A stretch of 64,000 nt of DNA from an uncultured virus (IMG/VR IMGVR_UViG_3300015306_000001). Taxonomy: Duplodnaviria; Heunggongvirae; Uroviricota; Caudoviricetes. The notes beneath the pieces were generated by a model that searched no databases, was not told the origin of the DNA, and worked only from the letters and a program-made list of their open reading frames with translations. The position numbers and the translations under genes are program-made. The stretch lies in IMG/VR virus record IMGVR_UViG_3300015306_000001. One strand, 5' to 3'. Shown here in pieces: positions 46,408 to 56,569 of this stretch. Every line of letters starts with the position of its first letter. Positions within the stretch are counted from its first letter, which is position 1.

Positions 46408-47047
46408 ATAGATCAGGCTCCTCTTTCGAAAGGGCGGCGCGCGCCGCCTTGGCAACGAGAATATGCTCCAACTGCGTTCCATTTCCCTCGCGAACATCTA
46501 GATAATGAATCCATGTTCGCGCTGATGCTGCCATATAAAGCCGGCTCATCGTCAAGCCTTCCGGCAGAAACACACGCGCGCATTCCTTCGCTGCGCCTCG
46601 CCCAATCCACTTATCGTATCGCCCACGCGCCTCCGCAATTGCTTGTTCGCAATCTTCTCGAAACTCTGCCTTTTCCACTTCCGAGAAATCGTCAATCGAG
46701 TTCTGACGATTCTTTTGATCTTGTCGCCTTAGCTCACGAACCGTAAACTTCTGAGGCTCTGCGTATCGCTGCGAGAACTCTTGGAAACGGGCAGAAGCAT
46801 GTCGCAAGATTTGCCGAGAAATATCCCGTGGCGCTTCTAATTCCAAATCGAAACTGATCATCTCTAGTGGAGACCAGTGTTTGTTTCGAATGAGATACGC
46901 GACAAGCTCTTTCGATCGAAGGTTCTCAACTTGATTTTTAGGCGATGAAACACGCGCCATGTAGGCAACGAATTCTGTCGCCGTCTTGACGTTAGGAATA
47001 CCAACCGGAACAGTTTTACCTACAACTTCAGCAGATAGAATCATCAA
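46400..47047 (-). CDS. thyX: FAD-dependent thymidylate synthase
   Basis: ARVS, HWSPLEM, RQILRH..FQEFSQRY and ECARVFLP motifs. Confidence 0.95.
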   Translation of the reverse strand: MMILSAEVVGKTVPVGIPNVKTATEFVAYMARVSSPKNQVENLRSKELVAYLIRNKHWSPLEMISFDLELEAPRDISRQILRHASARFQEFSQRYAEPQKFTVRELRRQDQKNRQNSIDDFSEVEKAEFREDCEQAIAEARGRYDKWIGRGAAKECARVFLPEGLTMSRLYMAASARTWIHYLDVREGNGTQLEHILVAKAARAALSKEEPDLFG

Positions 47048-47841
47048 ACCCTCTCCTCAACACGCTTAGGAACCGTCTTCAGATGCACGCGAAACTGATC
47101 AAGGCGCGATTCGTCTAGTGGGCGAAATCTTCCTTTATAAAACCCAATATCCCTACGATCGTCAGTATTGTTTCTAATTTCAGAAAGTATAAAAGTTTCG
47201 TGTTTATAATTTCTGTTTCCTGCATACAGTAAGGTCCTCTGACCAATAACAGTATAGATCATTCCTTTTTTCAAAAGATTCTGAATGTCTTCTCCTGAAT
47301 CATCCACACAAACAACTCTCACAATACAATCTCCCTTATCTTCGTGCGCATCGCTTCGCGTCCTTCTTTCGTCTCACCGTAAAACTCAGCAAACTTCGCC
47401 AGCCAATCCGCTTCTGTCACTGGCCCGTCATCGCCGCGCCCTTTCGTATGCAACGACCCGGCCGCCACCATCTGTCGATCTACGGTCAACAAAGCCATAT
47501 ATCGCGGATGGGGCTTGCCATCAATCCGTTCTTTCACGATCAAGAAATCTTCGTCGTTGTAGCGGATACGGCCCTTGACGTGAGAGGATGTGTAATCCTC
47601 TGCACGGTATTGGTGCCATGTGCGGTGCTTAGTCATCTTCAGAAGCACAAATGGAAATAAAGTCGTCCTTGCATTTTTCTTTAAGCTTTGCAACAAATGC
47701 AGGATCGACCATTTCATGTGTCCAGACAGGATGCCCCATCTTTTCTTCGATATATTCATGCATGTCAGAAAATGGGCCACAAAGAATCTCGGTATAGGCC
47801 CCAATAATGGCTGCTTGTTCTCTTGTAAGCTTCTGCGTCAT
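47044..47841 (-). other. Three small hypothetical genes (47044-47322, 47319-~47636, 47629-47841)
   Basis: Overlap-coupled ORFs between dnaE and thyX. Confidence 0.6.
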
Positions 47842-50675
47842 TTAATCTTCCCCAAAACCCGAACCTGTTTCACCAAGAGCACTGGCGCTTCTGGCGTCAG
47901 CGTACCCTTTACAGCTATTAGCACCTTTCCTGCTTCTAAGTCAAGAACTTTCGGCGCAAGTTCGCGATATTCCTTCATGCCAATCTTCGCATAGATCACG
48001 CCTTCGTCAAGCTGCAATCGAATCTCGCAGAAATCGGCGGGCTCTGGCTTCAATCGATCTTGGCCGCGCTCTACGCGATCGTTCTGGCGCTCGATCTCGT
48101 TTTCTGAGCGCTGCTTGATCACAATAGGAACGCCGACGAAAACGCAATCTTCTCGCCATTCGCCAGTCGGATCGAACTCCGCAAACGTCATCGGCTTTGA
48201 AACAATGCCTTTCGATGCGAGATCAAGCTTTGTAATCGCTTCACGAATCGGATAAAGCGAATCGATCTTTGTCTCAGCCTTCGCCAACATCTTAGCCGCC
48301 CTGTCTGGCAGCGCTTCTCCCCGCGCTCTAGCAGACAAAATTGATTGCTGCATTTTGGGGCCAAGGCCGATGCAGTTCGACAACGGCCCAACCAGAACCT
48401 TCTTGCCATCGCGATAACCGACGCGCCATTGATCCGTTGATTGCTCAGCATCAATCGGAACGTATGAAACGCCTTCCTGAGCCAATTCGCGAAGAAGCGC
48501 AATTTGTTTTTCGGAATCATCCTGATGCGTCAAGGCGGCAGCGGCGAATTCTAGGGGATAATGCGCCTTCAGCCAACACGACCAATAAGAAACCGTCGCA
48601 TAAGCAATCGAATGCGAAAGATTGAAGCCATAACCACCAAAGCCTAGAATGTCCTGCCAAAGACGATTTGCCGTTTCTGGCTCGAAACCGTTCGCAATCA
48701 AGCCCTCCTTGAACGGATCGCCATAAGCCCGCATGGCTTCCGGTCCCATGGACTTGCCAATTGCCTTACGCAACGCAGCAACCGAATTCCAATCAAGCCC
48801 CGCCAACTCCCGCGCAATCAGCATAACGCTTTCTTGCATGATAAGAAGGCCAAGATACGGCTTCAGATACGGCTCTAGGCGTGGGTGGACATACGTGACT
48901 TCCTCGCGCCCGTTCTTGCGCTTTACCCACGATCCCGCCGCTCCGCTATTCAATGGCCCAGGACGTGCCAGGGCTGAAAGCGTAGAGATATCATAGAGCG
49001 AAGAAACGTGGACTTCTTTGGTCAAATTCTGCAACGCTCGCCCATCGAACTGAAACAAAGAACAGAAATGCCCTTTGTTCAGAACGTCGAAAGCCGCAGG
49101 ATCGTCTAGCGAAATATGCGACAAGTGATCTACGGGAAGCCCCGCAAAGCGCAAGGCATCCTGAAAGATCGAAAGCGAAGTTAGCCCAAGCGCGTCAAGC
49201 TTAGGCGCGCCGCGCTTCTCAGCGGTTGGCCCGTCGATCTGCGCCGTTTGCGTCCGTGCATCCATCGCGACATAAAGCGAAAGCGGCTCATTCGTCAGAA
49301 TAAGGCCCGCCGCGTGCGTCGTAGAATGCGAAGGATTGCCGCCAAGCCTTCCTGCAACCGCCATCTCAGGATGGCGCTCAAGGAATGCCTTGCCGGTTGC
49401 AGTTTGATCGAATGCGTCTTGCAACGCTTTATCTGAGCGCGAATCGCCTGCTGCGTACTTCGTCACGGAGGCAATAACAGGCGTCGTCTCGTATTTCGCA
49501 ACGCCCATCGCCTTGGCTGTTTCGTTCATCGAATTCTTGGATTGCCACATTGAAACGGCACCGATTTTCGCAACACGATCCGCACCATACTTATTTTTCA
49601 GGTACTCGATAACCTGATCACGCTCAGTCGCAGAAAAGTCCGTATCGATATCGGGATAGTCAGGGCGGTTCGGATCGATAAAGCGCCAGAACAAAAGACC
49701 GTGCGGGATCGGATCGACTTCGGTAATGCGAAGGAGATAACAAACGAGCGAGCCCGCCGAAGAACCACGCCCAGGACCAACAAGCATTTCCTTTCGCGCC
49801 CAGCGAAGGAGGTCGCTGAGAAGGTGAAAATAGTTGTCGAATTGTTTGTCTGCGATGACCTTTAGCTCTGTATCGAGACGTTCGGCATAGACGGGGTTGC
49901 CCAGGTCAACGCCAAGTTCTTTCGCGCCTTCTATGCAAAGCTCGCGAAGAGACTGCGACGGTTTTGGGTCAATAAGCGAGGCTTTCGGAAGAGTAGCGTC
50001 ACAAGCATCGAAAACGATCATGCGATTGCGCAGCGCAATCCATACAAGATCGCCTAGCCCCTTCGCTTCAATAGCCGCTGACCACTCCTCATCGCTCAAA
50101 ATATGCTGCGGATACGTCTGCAAAGAAGCCCCGCGTCCGCAAGCCGTCTCATAGTCGTATCTCTGATCTTCGGTCGCGTAGCGGTTTTCCTGATGCGCAA
50201 TGAAACGAAAGCCTCGCTTTTTGGCTTCGTTAATCAAGCCTTTTGGCGTGGCAACGCTGAGCCCGATAAACAAGTTAGGGTCAGCCGGGTCTAGCTCATC
50301 AAGCCGCGCGCGATAGCCCGCGATCTTATAGACACCTTCAACATTGGCGATGTCGCTGTATTGAAGCTGCGGAACGTAACGAAACTGCGAAGTCGCCTTG
50401 CCGATCAGAAGATTGATCGGCTGAATCGATTCCTTGGCCAAGAATGTGAAGCCATCAACGATAGGCTTCTTAGCGTTCAGCGATGGCGTAACGGCAATGG
50501 TCGCGCCGAAGATAGGCTTAAGCTCCGCCTCAGTCGCGGCCTTGTTCCATTCGTCATAGCCAAAAGCAGTTGTGTCGGCTAGGGGCGCATAGCCCCAGCC
50601 GATTTCTTTGAGTCGTTGAACGGCATCTTTCGGGGAGCCGTAAGCGTGTCGAAAGCTGAAAGAAGTTTTGATCAC
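47838..50675 (-). CDS. dnaE: DNA polymerase III alpha subunit (family C)
   Basis: GPGRGSSAGSLVCYLLRITEVDP, PDIDTDF, HAAG, RPGP and YGFNLSHS..YA motifs. Confidence 0.95.
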   Translation of the reverse strand: MIKTSFSFRHAYGSPKDAVQRLKEIGWGYAPLADTTAFGYDEWNKAATEAELKPIFGATIAVTPSLNAKKPIVDGFTFLAKESIQPINLLIGKATSQFRYVPQLQYSDIANVEGVYKIAGYRARLDELDPADPNLFIGLSVATPKGLINEAKKRGFRFIAHQENRYATEDQRYDYETACGRGASLQTYPQHILSDEEWSAAIEAKGLGDLVWIALRNRMIVFDACDATLPKASLIDPKPSQSLRELCIEGAKELGVDLGNPVYAERLDTELKVIADKQFDNYFHLLSDLLRWARKEMLVGPGRGSSAGSLVCYLLRITEVDPIPHGLLFWRFIDPNRPDYPDIDTDFSATERDQVIEYLKNKYGADRVAKIGAVSMWQSKNSMNETAKAMGVAKYETTPVIASVTKYAAGDSRSDKALQDAFDQTATGKAFLERHPEMAVAGRLGGNPSHSTTHAAGLILTNEPLSLYVAMDARTQTAQIDGPTAEKRGAPKLDALGLTSLSIFQDALRFAGLPVDHLSHISLDDPAAFDVLNKGHFCSLFQFDGRALQNLTKEVHVSSLYDISTLSALARPGPLNSGAAGSWVKRKNGREEVTYVHPRLEPYLKPYLGLLIMQESVMLIARELAGLDWNSVAALRKAIGKSMGPEAMRAYGDPFKEGLIANGFEPETANRLWQDILGFGGYGFNLSHSIAYATVSYWSCWLKAHYPLEFAAAALTHQDDSEKQIALLRELAQEGVSYVPIDAEQSTDQWRVGYRDGKKVLVGPLSNCIGLGPKMQQSILSARARGEALPDRAAKMLAKAETKIDSLYPIREAITKLDLASKGIVSKPMTFAEFDPTGEWREDCVFVGVPIVIKQRSENEIERQNDRVERGQDRLKPEPADFCEIRLQLDEGVIYAKIGMKEYRELAPKVLDLEAGKVLIAVKGTLTPEAPVLLVKQVRVLGKIK

Positions 50676-51028
50676 TTCGTAACCACCTTCAATTCTTCCA
50701 TAATCCGAAGCCGAAGAGCTTCGAACATCTCGCGTGCCTCGGGAGTCTTGATCACTTGTTCGCCGGCTTCTGAGGCTGCGATCATATAGATCGTTCCTTT
50801 AGATGGAAGAAGACAAGCAACAATTGCTAAAAAAGTTGCAAAAAGCAAAAGCCGTTTTGCGGTTTTGCGAACCGAAATAATTTGTCGACTGTTTAAATTA
50901 GTAGGCTCGGCGGCAGCAAGAAATGAAAAGCCTCCAGCAAAAATAAGCAGAACGGTTCCCATTCCAAACAGTGGCGCAAGCCTACCGACAACCTCAGCTA
51001 TATAAAGCATCCAAGACAAAGAATTCAT
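50672..51028 (-). CDS. Membrane hypothetical protein
   Basis: Hydrophobic helices; LPSKGTIYMIAASE. Confidence 0.65.
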   Translation of the reverse strand: MNSLSWMLYIAEVVGRLAPLFGMGTVLLIFAGGFSFLAAAEPTNLNSRQIISVRKTAKRLLLFATFLAIVACLLPSKGTIYMIAASEAGEQVIKTPEAREMFEALRLRIMEELKVVTK

Positions 51029-51038
51029 CGCTTCTCTC

Positions 51039-51296
51039 CTACTGAATCATATTTCCGCAAATAAAGATCAGCCCTTCGTGATCTTCGTCAACGTCATAGA
51101 ACCCGTGTTTTGCGTCATTTGCCACGAGGAAAGGCTCATGATTTCCAAAGGCTGCGATCTCAACGCCGTGCTTCATTGTAAGATGTGCCAGTTCTGTCAA
51201 AAATGCTCGAACCTTTTCCTCGCTCAGCCCGCTACTATCATCGAAGTCGTCAAAATCGTCAAAATCCTCATCGTGGAATTCTACACTATCGTTCAT
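51039..51296 (-). CDS. Acidic hypothetical protein
   Basis: 85 aa, Asp/Glu-rich. Confidence 0.55.
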   Translation of the reverse strand: MNDSVEFHDEDFDDFDDFDDSSGLSEEKVRAFLTELAHLTMKHGVEIAAFGNHEPFLVANDAKHGFYDVDEDHEGLIFICGNMIQ

Positions 51297-51832
51297 ATTG
51301 AACCCTCCTTAACCATATATATAAGGCATCGTTCCGTTGCCTCCACATCCGACTTCGCGCCGTGGGCTCCATCGAAGCCCTCATTATAGAAGGTTTCATG
51401 TAGCAATGTCAAGTTCGGACGGAAGCCAAATCGCCACTCATTCTCTGAAACTGTATCGATCAGCCGCTTTTCCGAATAGTCCCAATCAATGCCCGCGCGC
51501 CTAAAATCAAAACTGAGCATCATCAAATCGAAGAGGAGATTATGGCCAGCGTAAGCGTCACAATCCTGCATAAAGGCATGAATCTTCTCAGCTTCGCTGA
51601 TAAAAGTTGGCTTATCCAGAAGAAATTCTTCCGTCAAGCCTGTAACCTTCATAGCGCCAGCATCCATTGGAACGCCAATTTTGAACCAGGAATGATAATC
51701 GCCAAGCGCTTCGCCGGTTTCGGTATCGATACGTTTGGCGTATAACTCTACGGTCCAAGGTTGCTTATTAAGCGCTCGCTGAGTTGAGTGCCAAAGCGCA
51801 CTTGTTTCTGTATCAAAGACAATCGTCTTCAC
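51293..51832 (-). CDS. DnaQ-like DEDDh 3'-5' exonuclease
   Basis: VFDTET, GHNLLFD, IDT and AHGAKSDV motifs. Confidence 0.9.
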   Translation of the reverse strand: MKTIVFDTETSALWHSTQRALNKQPWTVELYAKRIDTETGEALGDYHSWFKIGVPMDAGAMKVTGLTEEFLLDKPTFISEAEKIHAFMQDCDAYAGHNLLFDLMMLSFDFRRAGIDWDYSEKRLIDTVSENEWRFGFRPNLTLLHETFYNEGFDGAHGAKSDVEATERCLIYMVKEGSI

Positions 51833-52343
51833 GGGCAATCCTTTCTGCACGTATTTGCGCTTGTGTTTCCGCTCTCCGCTTAATGAATTTGGCTCGTTCT
51901 TCCTCGTTCATAGATTGCCAAAATCCTTTAACTGCTTTGGTGCCTTTTGCAACAAGATCAGCCATAAGTTCTTTGGCTTTAGGATGACGTTCAAGAAAAT
52001 CTTGCCGATTGTCTCTTTTCGTCCCTAGTTCAAGATGGTTTGGATTACAGCATTTAGTGTTATCGCATTTATGCCGAACAATCAATTCATCGGGAATTGA
52101 ACCTACGTAAACTTCATAAGATTTTCGATGAAGCAAAAATTCTTCGTCTTCAAACTGTCCTTCTTTATACTTTCCTTCTCGACAACCCTTTGCTTCCCAA
52201 CAATCGTCAACATTTCCTTTGTTAATCTTTGTATCTAAATAAGCCTCGATTGTTTTCGGGCGACGTTTTTCCCAAGCCTTACCCATTTGAACACTTCGCG
52301 GGTTATTAGGATCAACTGACTTTCGCTTTCGAATATTTCTCAC
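51813..52343 (-). CDS. HNH endonuclease
   Basis: CWE..HRKSY..VRHKCDNTKCCNPNHLELGT..N motif; AT-rich. Confidence 0.9.
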   Translation of the reverse strand: MRNIRKRKSVDPNNPRSVQMGKAWEKRRPKTIEAYLDTKINKGNVDDCWEAKGCREGKYKEGQFEDEEFLLHRKSYEVYVGSIPDELIVRHKCDNTKCCNPNHLELGTKRDNRQDFLERHPKAKELMADLVAKGTKAVKGFWQSMNEEERAKFIKRRAETQAQIRAERIAREDDCL

Positions 52344-52690
52344 AGCGAAGAATCCAATCGACCTTCGATAATGCCATCACGCCTTCCCCTTTCGTAAGCC
52401 TCCGATTCTGCATCATCTATCTGGGCTTCTAGTCGCGACACCTCTCGTTCATGCTCAGATTCGAGATGGTTGATATCGGCGCGATGTTCTTCATCTGCCG
52501 CATTAAGTCCTTCCTTGTAGCCTTCGTCGTATCCCTCATCCCAGCCTTCACCATCTGCCGCGTCAAGCGCGTTTCCCCAAAAGCTCTGCCAATCGCCGAC
52601 GCTAATATAAGAAGGCCGCTCGATTACATCATCATCGATCAGAACCGTATTCAACGTAACGTCGAAGCGCTTAAAAAGCATTTCGGCCAT
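52340..52690 (-). CDS. Hypothetical protein with (W/Y)xEG repeats
   Basis: EGWDEGYDEGYKEG. Confidence 0.6.
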   Translation of the reverse strand: MAEMLFKRFDVTLNTVLIDDDVIERPSYISVGDWQSFWGNALDAADGEGWDEGYDEGYKEGLNAADEEHRADINHLESEHEREVSRLEAQIDDAESEAYERGRRDGIIEGRLDSSL

Positions 52691-52973
52691 CCTCGTTTAG
52701 TCCACCGCACATAACACGGACAAAATTAACACGATGCGGCGGCTTTTGCTTTTCAATCTGCTTGAGTCGTCTATTTGCGAAATAAATAATCTTCCGCAAA
52801 TCATACTCCTCTTCTGCGCCTTCTTTCTGCCCCAGCCGATAAGCTGCCTTAAAAATATTACCGACTGCGAAACTCATATTCTTGTATTCGATCAAGTCGT
52901 TTAGCTCAGTAGCGCCGCTCGGAAGCTCGTAATAGCTTGTGCTTCCGCCGTCTGATGTTTGCTTATTCGTCAT
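52671..52973 (-). CDS. DUF3310-like protein
   Basis: DLIEYKNMSFAVGNIFKAAYRLGQK..YDLRKIIYF. Confidence 0.7.
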   Translation of the reverse strand: MTNKQTSDGGSTSYYELPSGATELNDLIEYKNMSFAVGNIFKAAYRLGQKEGAEEEYDLRKIIYFANRRLKQIEKQKPPHRVNFVRVMCGGLNEDGRNAF

Positions 52974-53138
52974 CTTCAATCTCCTTATAGCTAATAATCC
53001 GACAGATATCAGCAATCAAATCGTAACCGTTATGAATAACACGATCCATCTGATAAACCGTTTCAGCGCAATAGATATCGTTTTCATCCACGAACTTCTT
53101 GCACAAATCGTAGAGCTTGATTTTTTGTTCTGAAGGTG

Positions 53139-53354
53139 TCATTCACTTACCTCAATCGTTCGAATAACATCTTTTAGAAAGCTCAAAGGAATCTCGTCTA
53201 CTTGCTGAAAAACCAAGCCGCCGTACTTCTTGTCCATTCGACTAATCTGGTAACCAAGAGCCTCTTCTTTTGAACTGGCAACCTCTCTAGTTACGTTGAC
53301 TGTTAGGTTGGAAGGGAAATTTTGCTGTACCGTAGTGACATTGTACAGTTTCAT
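53139..53354 (-). CDS. Hypothetical protein
   Basis: ATGA-coupled to the phosphatase gene. Confidence 0.5.
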   Translation of the reverse strand: MKLYNVTTVQQNFPSNLTVNVTREVASSKEEALGYQISRMDKKYGGLVFQQVDEIPLSFLKDVIRTIEVSE

Positions 53355-53782
53355 CGCAAGCTCCAAACCTCAAATCCAGCGTTCCGCATTTCTTCAATCA
53401 CCTTATCCTTGACCTCGAAGCCTACCAGGACATTCGCCCTAGCTTCTTCGAGTGAGCCAAAGTAATCCGTCAGTAGTGCAATCTTGACCTCCGATTCGCT
53501 CCGATAATCCGTATCAGGACGCATAAGCACCTCGTCAACGGGAAAACCGTTCTTCGTCAACCAGTCGATTGTCTGGCGGTCGAAACGGGCAGGACGGCCC
53601 GTCACAACAAGGATTTCGTAGTTGGCATCTGACAACCCTTGGAGAACGGCGCGGGTTGTCTCTATTGGCGTATCTGAAAGGAGAGCGCCTTGATACGCAT
53701 CCCAGGATTCGTCTAGGAGGTGCTGGCGGGCCGTCGTGTCGCAGCAGATGCCGTCTAGGTCAATGACGATAGTGTTTTTCAC
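53351..53782 (-). CDS. HAD-family (polynucleotide kinase-type) phosphatase
   Basis: DLDG, VTGR and LMRP..DYR..K motifs. Confidence 0.8.
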   Translation of the reverse strand: MKNTIVIDLDGICCDTTARQHLLDESWDAYQGALLSDTPIETTRAVLQGLSDANYEILVVTGRPARFDRQTIDWLTKNGFPVDEVLMRPDTDYRSESEVKIALLTDYFGSLEEARANVLVGFEVKDKVIEEMRNAGFEVWSLR

Positions 53783-53939
53783 GGCATCCCCTTGACAGAA
53801 GCGCCAGCTACCGCAAAGCTTGCGATGCAGCAGAAAGCGAACAAATAGATATGAGGGGTTGATACCATCGTTCTAAGAGCATCAGCGCAAAAGACAGCGC
53901 TAATAAGCCCAAAACCGACAAACAAACCAGAAAAGATCA

Positions 53940-54500
53940 TCACTTCGCCTTTCCGAGACTCGTCTTTACAGTCCGCCCCGTGTAGATACCAAGAGCCTGC
54001 GTATCGACTTCCTCGCCACTCTTCAAGCGCTCGCGAACGAAGCTGGCAAGCGTCTGAGGATGGACGCCTTCCGTCACTTCAGCGGGATAGCCCTTCTCCT
54101 TCAGTTCGGCGGCAAGGCTCTTAGCCTCGTTGTCCTGCCCCTTCCCGAACGCAAGGCTGATTTCGTTCTTGATGATGCTTTCGCCACCGTACTCCACGAT
54201 AAGCGCCAGGGCCGCACGCTTAGCTTCTGGATCGCGGGGAAGCGTTCCGCTCACGACTTCATTGATCTTGACGCTGAAGCCGTCTGCGAGGCTGAATGAC
54301 TCCATACCAAGATCACCAAGCGCTTCGGGAAGCTCCTGCGTCTTTAGCTCGTTAGCGCGCCCCTTCAGAAGCTTCGTCGTCTCCTCTAGTTCGGCAATCT
54401 GCGTTTCCAGATCGCGAAGCTCTTCGGCCAGCTTGCGAACCGTAGCGATATCGCCTTGCGATTGTTCGGTCTCGAATGCGCTAAAATCAGTCAAGGGCAT
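53940..54500 (-). CDS. Conserved phage replication-region protein
   Basis: Coiled coil plus IIKNEISLAFGKGQD and VHPQTLASFVRE; usually found beside the SSB-like gene. Confidence 0.7.
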   Translation of the reverse strand: MPLTDFSAFETEQSQGDIATVRKLAEELRDLETQIAELEETTKLLKGRANELKTQELPEALGDLGMESFSLADGFSVKINEVVSGTLPRDPEAKRAALALIVEYGGESIIKNEISLAFGKGQDNEAKSLAAELKEKGYPAEVTEGVHPQTLASFVRERLKSGEEVDTQALGIYTGRTVKTSLGKAK

Positions 54501-55376
54501 TGGTATTCTCTCCTAGAAGTTCGATGTCGATACCGAATTCATTGATAGAGCCATAACCCTCAACAAATTCACTGCCATACCCTTCAATCACACCGCGCGC
54601 ATAAAGGGAAGCCAAATGCTCAGCGTGATCGCGTGTATCATATGCAGGGAATATAAGATCACGAAACTCTTGCATAAATGATTCGGTGAACTTCGTTTCA
54701 TCTAGCGAAACGCGGATCGTTTGAGTGACTTCTACGTTAAAGGTTTGCATCTTTATCCTCCACAACCCCCTCTTCAATATACATTTGATCGTTAAAATTA
54801 TCAATCAACGTATCAATGATATTCTCAAGACTGTCATATTCCGTGACGTTGAATTCAAGATCAAGCCAACGCTCTTCGACTGCATCATGAGCGGTAAACT
54901 GGCGACGATAACTTATTTTCATAGCTCTTCATCCTCATCAAAATAGCCGGTCTCACGCAGCGATTCATAATAACCCTGCCAGTTATCGACGCCGCCGCTT
55001 TCAAGAGCAATACGCCACTTCGCGTCGTCCAGAAGCTCTTCATATTCTTTGCGGCTGATCGTTACGGTTTCTTCTTCCATCTTTTCTCTCCATCAAAAAG
55101 AAACCCGGCACAACTCGCGCCATGCCGGGGTCGGGGTTACTTCGTGTCGGTTGTCACGGTTGATCGAAAGAACGCGCCTACAAATCCGAGAGCCGCACCT
55201 AGCTGCCACATGGCATAGCCTGCCGTATCAAAGCCCGCACGGGCGAAGAAGCCCATCACGGTATCCTCAAAGAACAGGCCGACCACCCACCCCACGAAAG
55301 CGCCCGCAAGAACGCCGATAAGAGGGAAGAGGATAATCAGGGCGAAGACGCCCAAGAGTGCGAGAATTGTTTTCAT
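54487..55376 (-). other. Small hypothetical genes including a 79-aa membrane protein (55137-55376)
   Basis: Packed ORFs; terminator-like hairpin near 55100-55130. Confidence 0.55.
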
Positions 55377-55386
55377 GTGTCAAGCC

Positions 55387-56157
55387 TCAAAAAGGTACGT
55401 CATCGGAGCGAACGTCGTCATCTTCGCGTGTATCGGCCTTAGCCGTTCCCGCCTGAATAGAACGCTGAAGAGCCTTTGCGGATTCCAAAACCTCAGCCGC
55501 ATTCGGAAGGTCCATCGTCAGCGGGCCGTCTTCGATCTTCCAGTTCTTCCACTTCTTGCCATTGCCGGAATCATCGAAAGAAGTCAGAAGATACGTCTTA
55601 TACATCAGCGGGGCGGGGCGACCATTCGGCATACGAATGGAAGTCGCCTTCGTCATAAACTGGCGCATGACCTTCAACGACGACTTCTTGAACGCCGCAA
55701 AGCTCCAGCGGTTATCGGCACTCAGATTGAGGCCATAAAGCTGGACATAGGAGATGATTTCGTTTCCTTCCTTCGTCAGCGTCTGATTCTTGTCGTTCCG
55801 CTCAAGACCAAGCTCAGCGATACGGTCATAGTCATACCGGGCGACGATGCCACCGCCCTGATTCTCAGGCTTCCATTCAATTTGGACCTTTTCGCGCATC
55901 ACCGGAAGGAAGTGAACCGGACCCTGGAAGACCTCTCCAAGAGAGACATCCGCGACCATACCGGACTTAGCGCCTTCAATGTACTTGGCATGGCCTTCCT
56001 CGATCTGAGGAGAAAGCGCACCAAGGACAGCGAGGCGAGGAATGATAAAGTCAGAGCTATCGACGTGGCCAAAACCCGCGTCTACATCATCAAACGCCCC
56101 TGCGAGCGCCACAGCGTTAACGGCTTCTTCCTGAACTGCAACTGCATTCTTAGCCAT
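55387..56157 (-). CDS. Putative single-stranded DNA-binding protein
   Basis: IIPRL..LSPQ family pattern; acidic C-terminus DDDVRSDDVPF resembling bacterial SSB tail; own promoter near 56231. Confidence 0.7.
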   Translation of the reverse strand: MAKNAVAVQEEAVNAVALAGAFDDVDAGFGHVDSSDFIIPRLAVLGALSPQIEEGHAKYIEGAKSGMVADVSLGEVFQGPVHFLPVMREKVQIEWKPENQGGGIVARYDYDRIAELGLERNDKNQTLTKEGNEIISYVQLYGLNLSADNRWSFAAFKKSSLKVMRQFMTKATSIRMPNGRPAPLMYKTYLLTSFDDSGNGKKWKNWKIEDGPLTMDLPNAAEVLESAKALQRSIQAGTAKADTREDDDVRSDDVPF

Positions 56158-56243
56158 TCTAATTTCCTATTTTCTTGTTTCGGCGCACCAAGGCGCAAGA
56201 CATGTGTAGCCGATTGCGGCGGGAAAGTCAAGTGAAATCGGGA

Positions 56244-56501
56244 CTAGCGCCGAAAAATCCTGTGCTGACCCGCCACATATCCAACTTGCTGAATTTCGCG
56301 CAAATCGCCAATCTCCACAAGCCTATCAACGCAGGCAAGTAGCTGCCACGAATCGCCAAGGCTACCGCTGATGATCTCTTCCATGCGCGCCACGCCAGCC
56401 GTCTTGCAGAGCGAGAAGGCGCGATCCCTGATCTTAAGGAATTTTCGCTGCCCTTCATCAGTAAATACAGAGGGGCGCTCTTTTTCATATTCATATCCCA
56501 T
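56244..56501 (-). CDS. Hypothetical protein
   Basis: AAGGAG RBS, MGYEYEKERPSVFTDEGQ... Confidence 0.65.
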   Translation of the reverse strand: MGYEYEKERPSVFTDEGQRKFLKIRDRAFSLCKTAGVARMEEIISGSLGDSWQLLACVDRLVEIGDLREIQQVGYVAGQHRIFRR

Positions 56502-56569
56502 TTCAATCTCCTTCTGGCGGAGGCGCAAAACGCGCCTCCGCTTTATCTAGCACGACCAAACGGAAAAGG

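Noticed and set aside
55375..56235. 286-aa plus-strand ORF
   Set aside because: Antisense to the codon-biased SSB-like gene, with no RBS or motifs.
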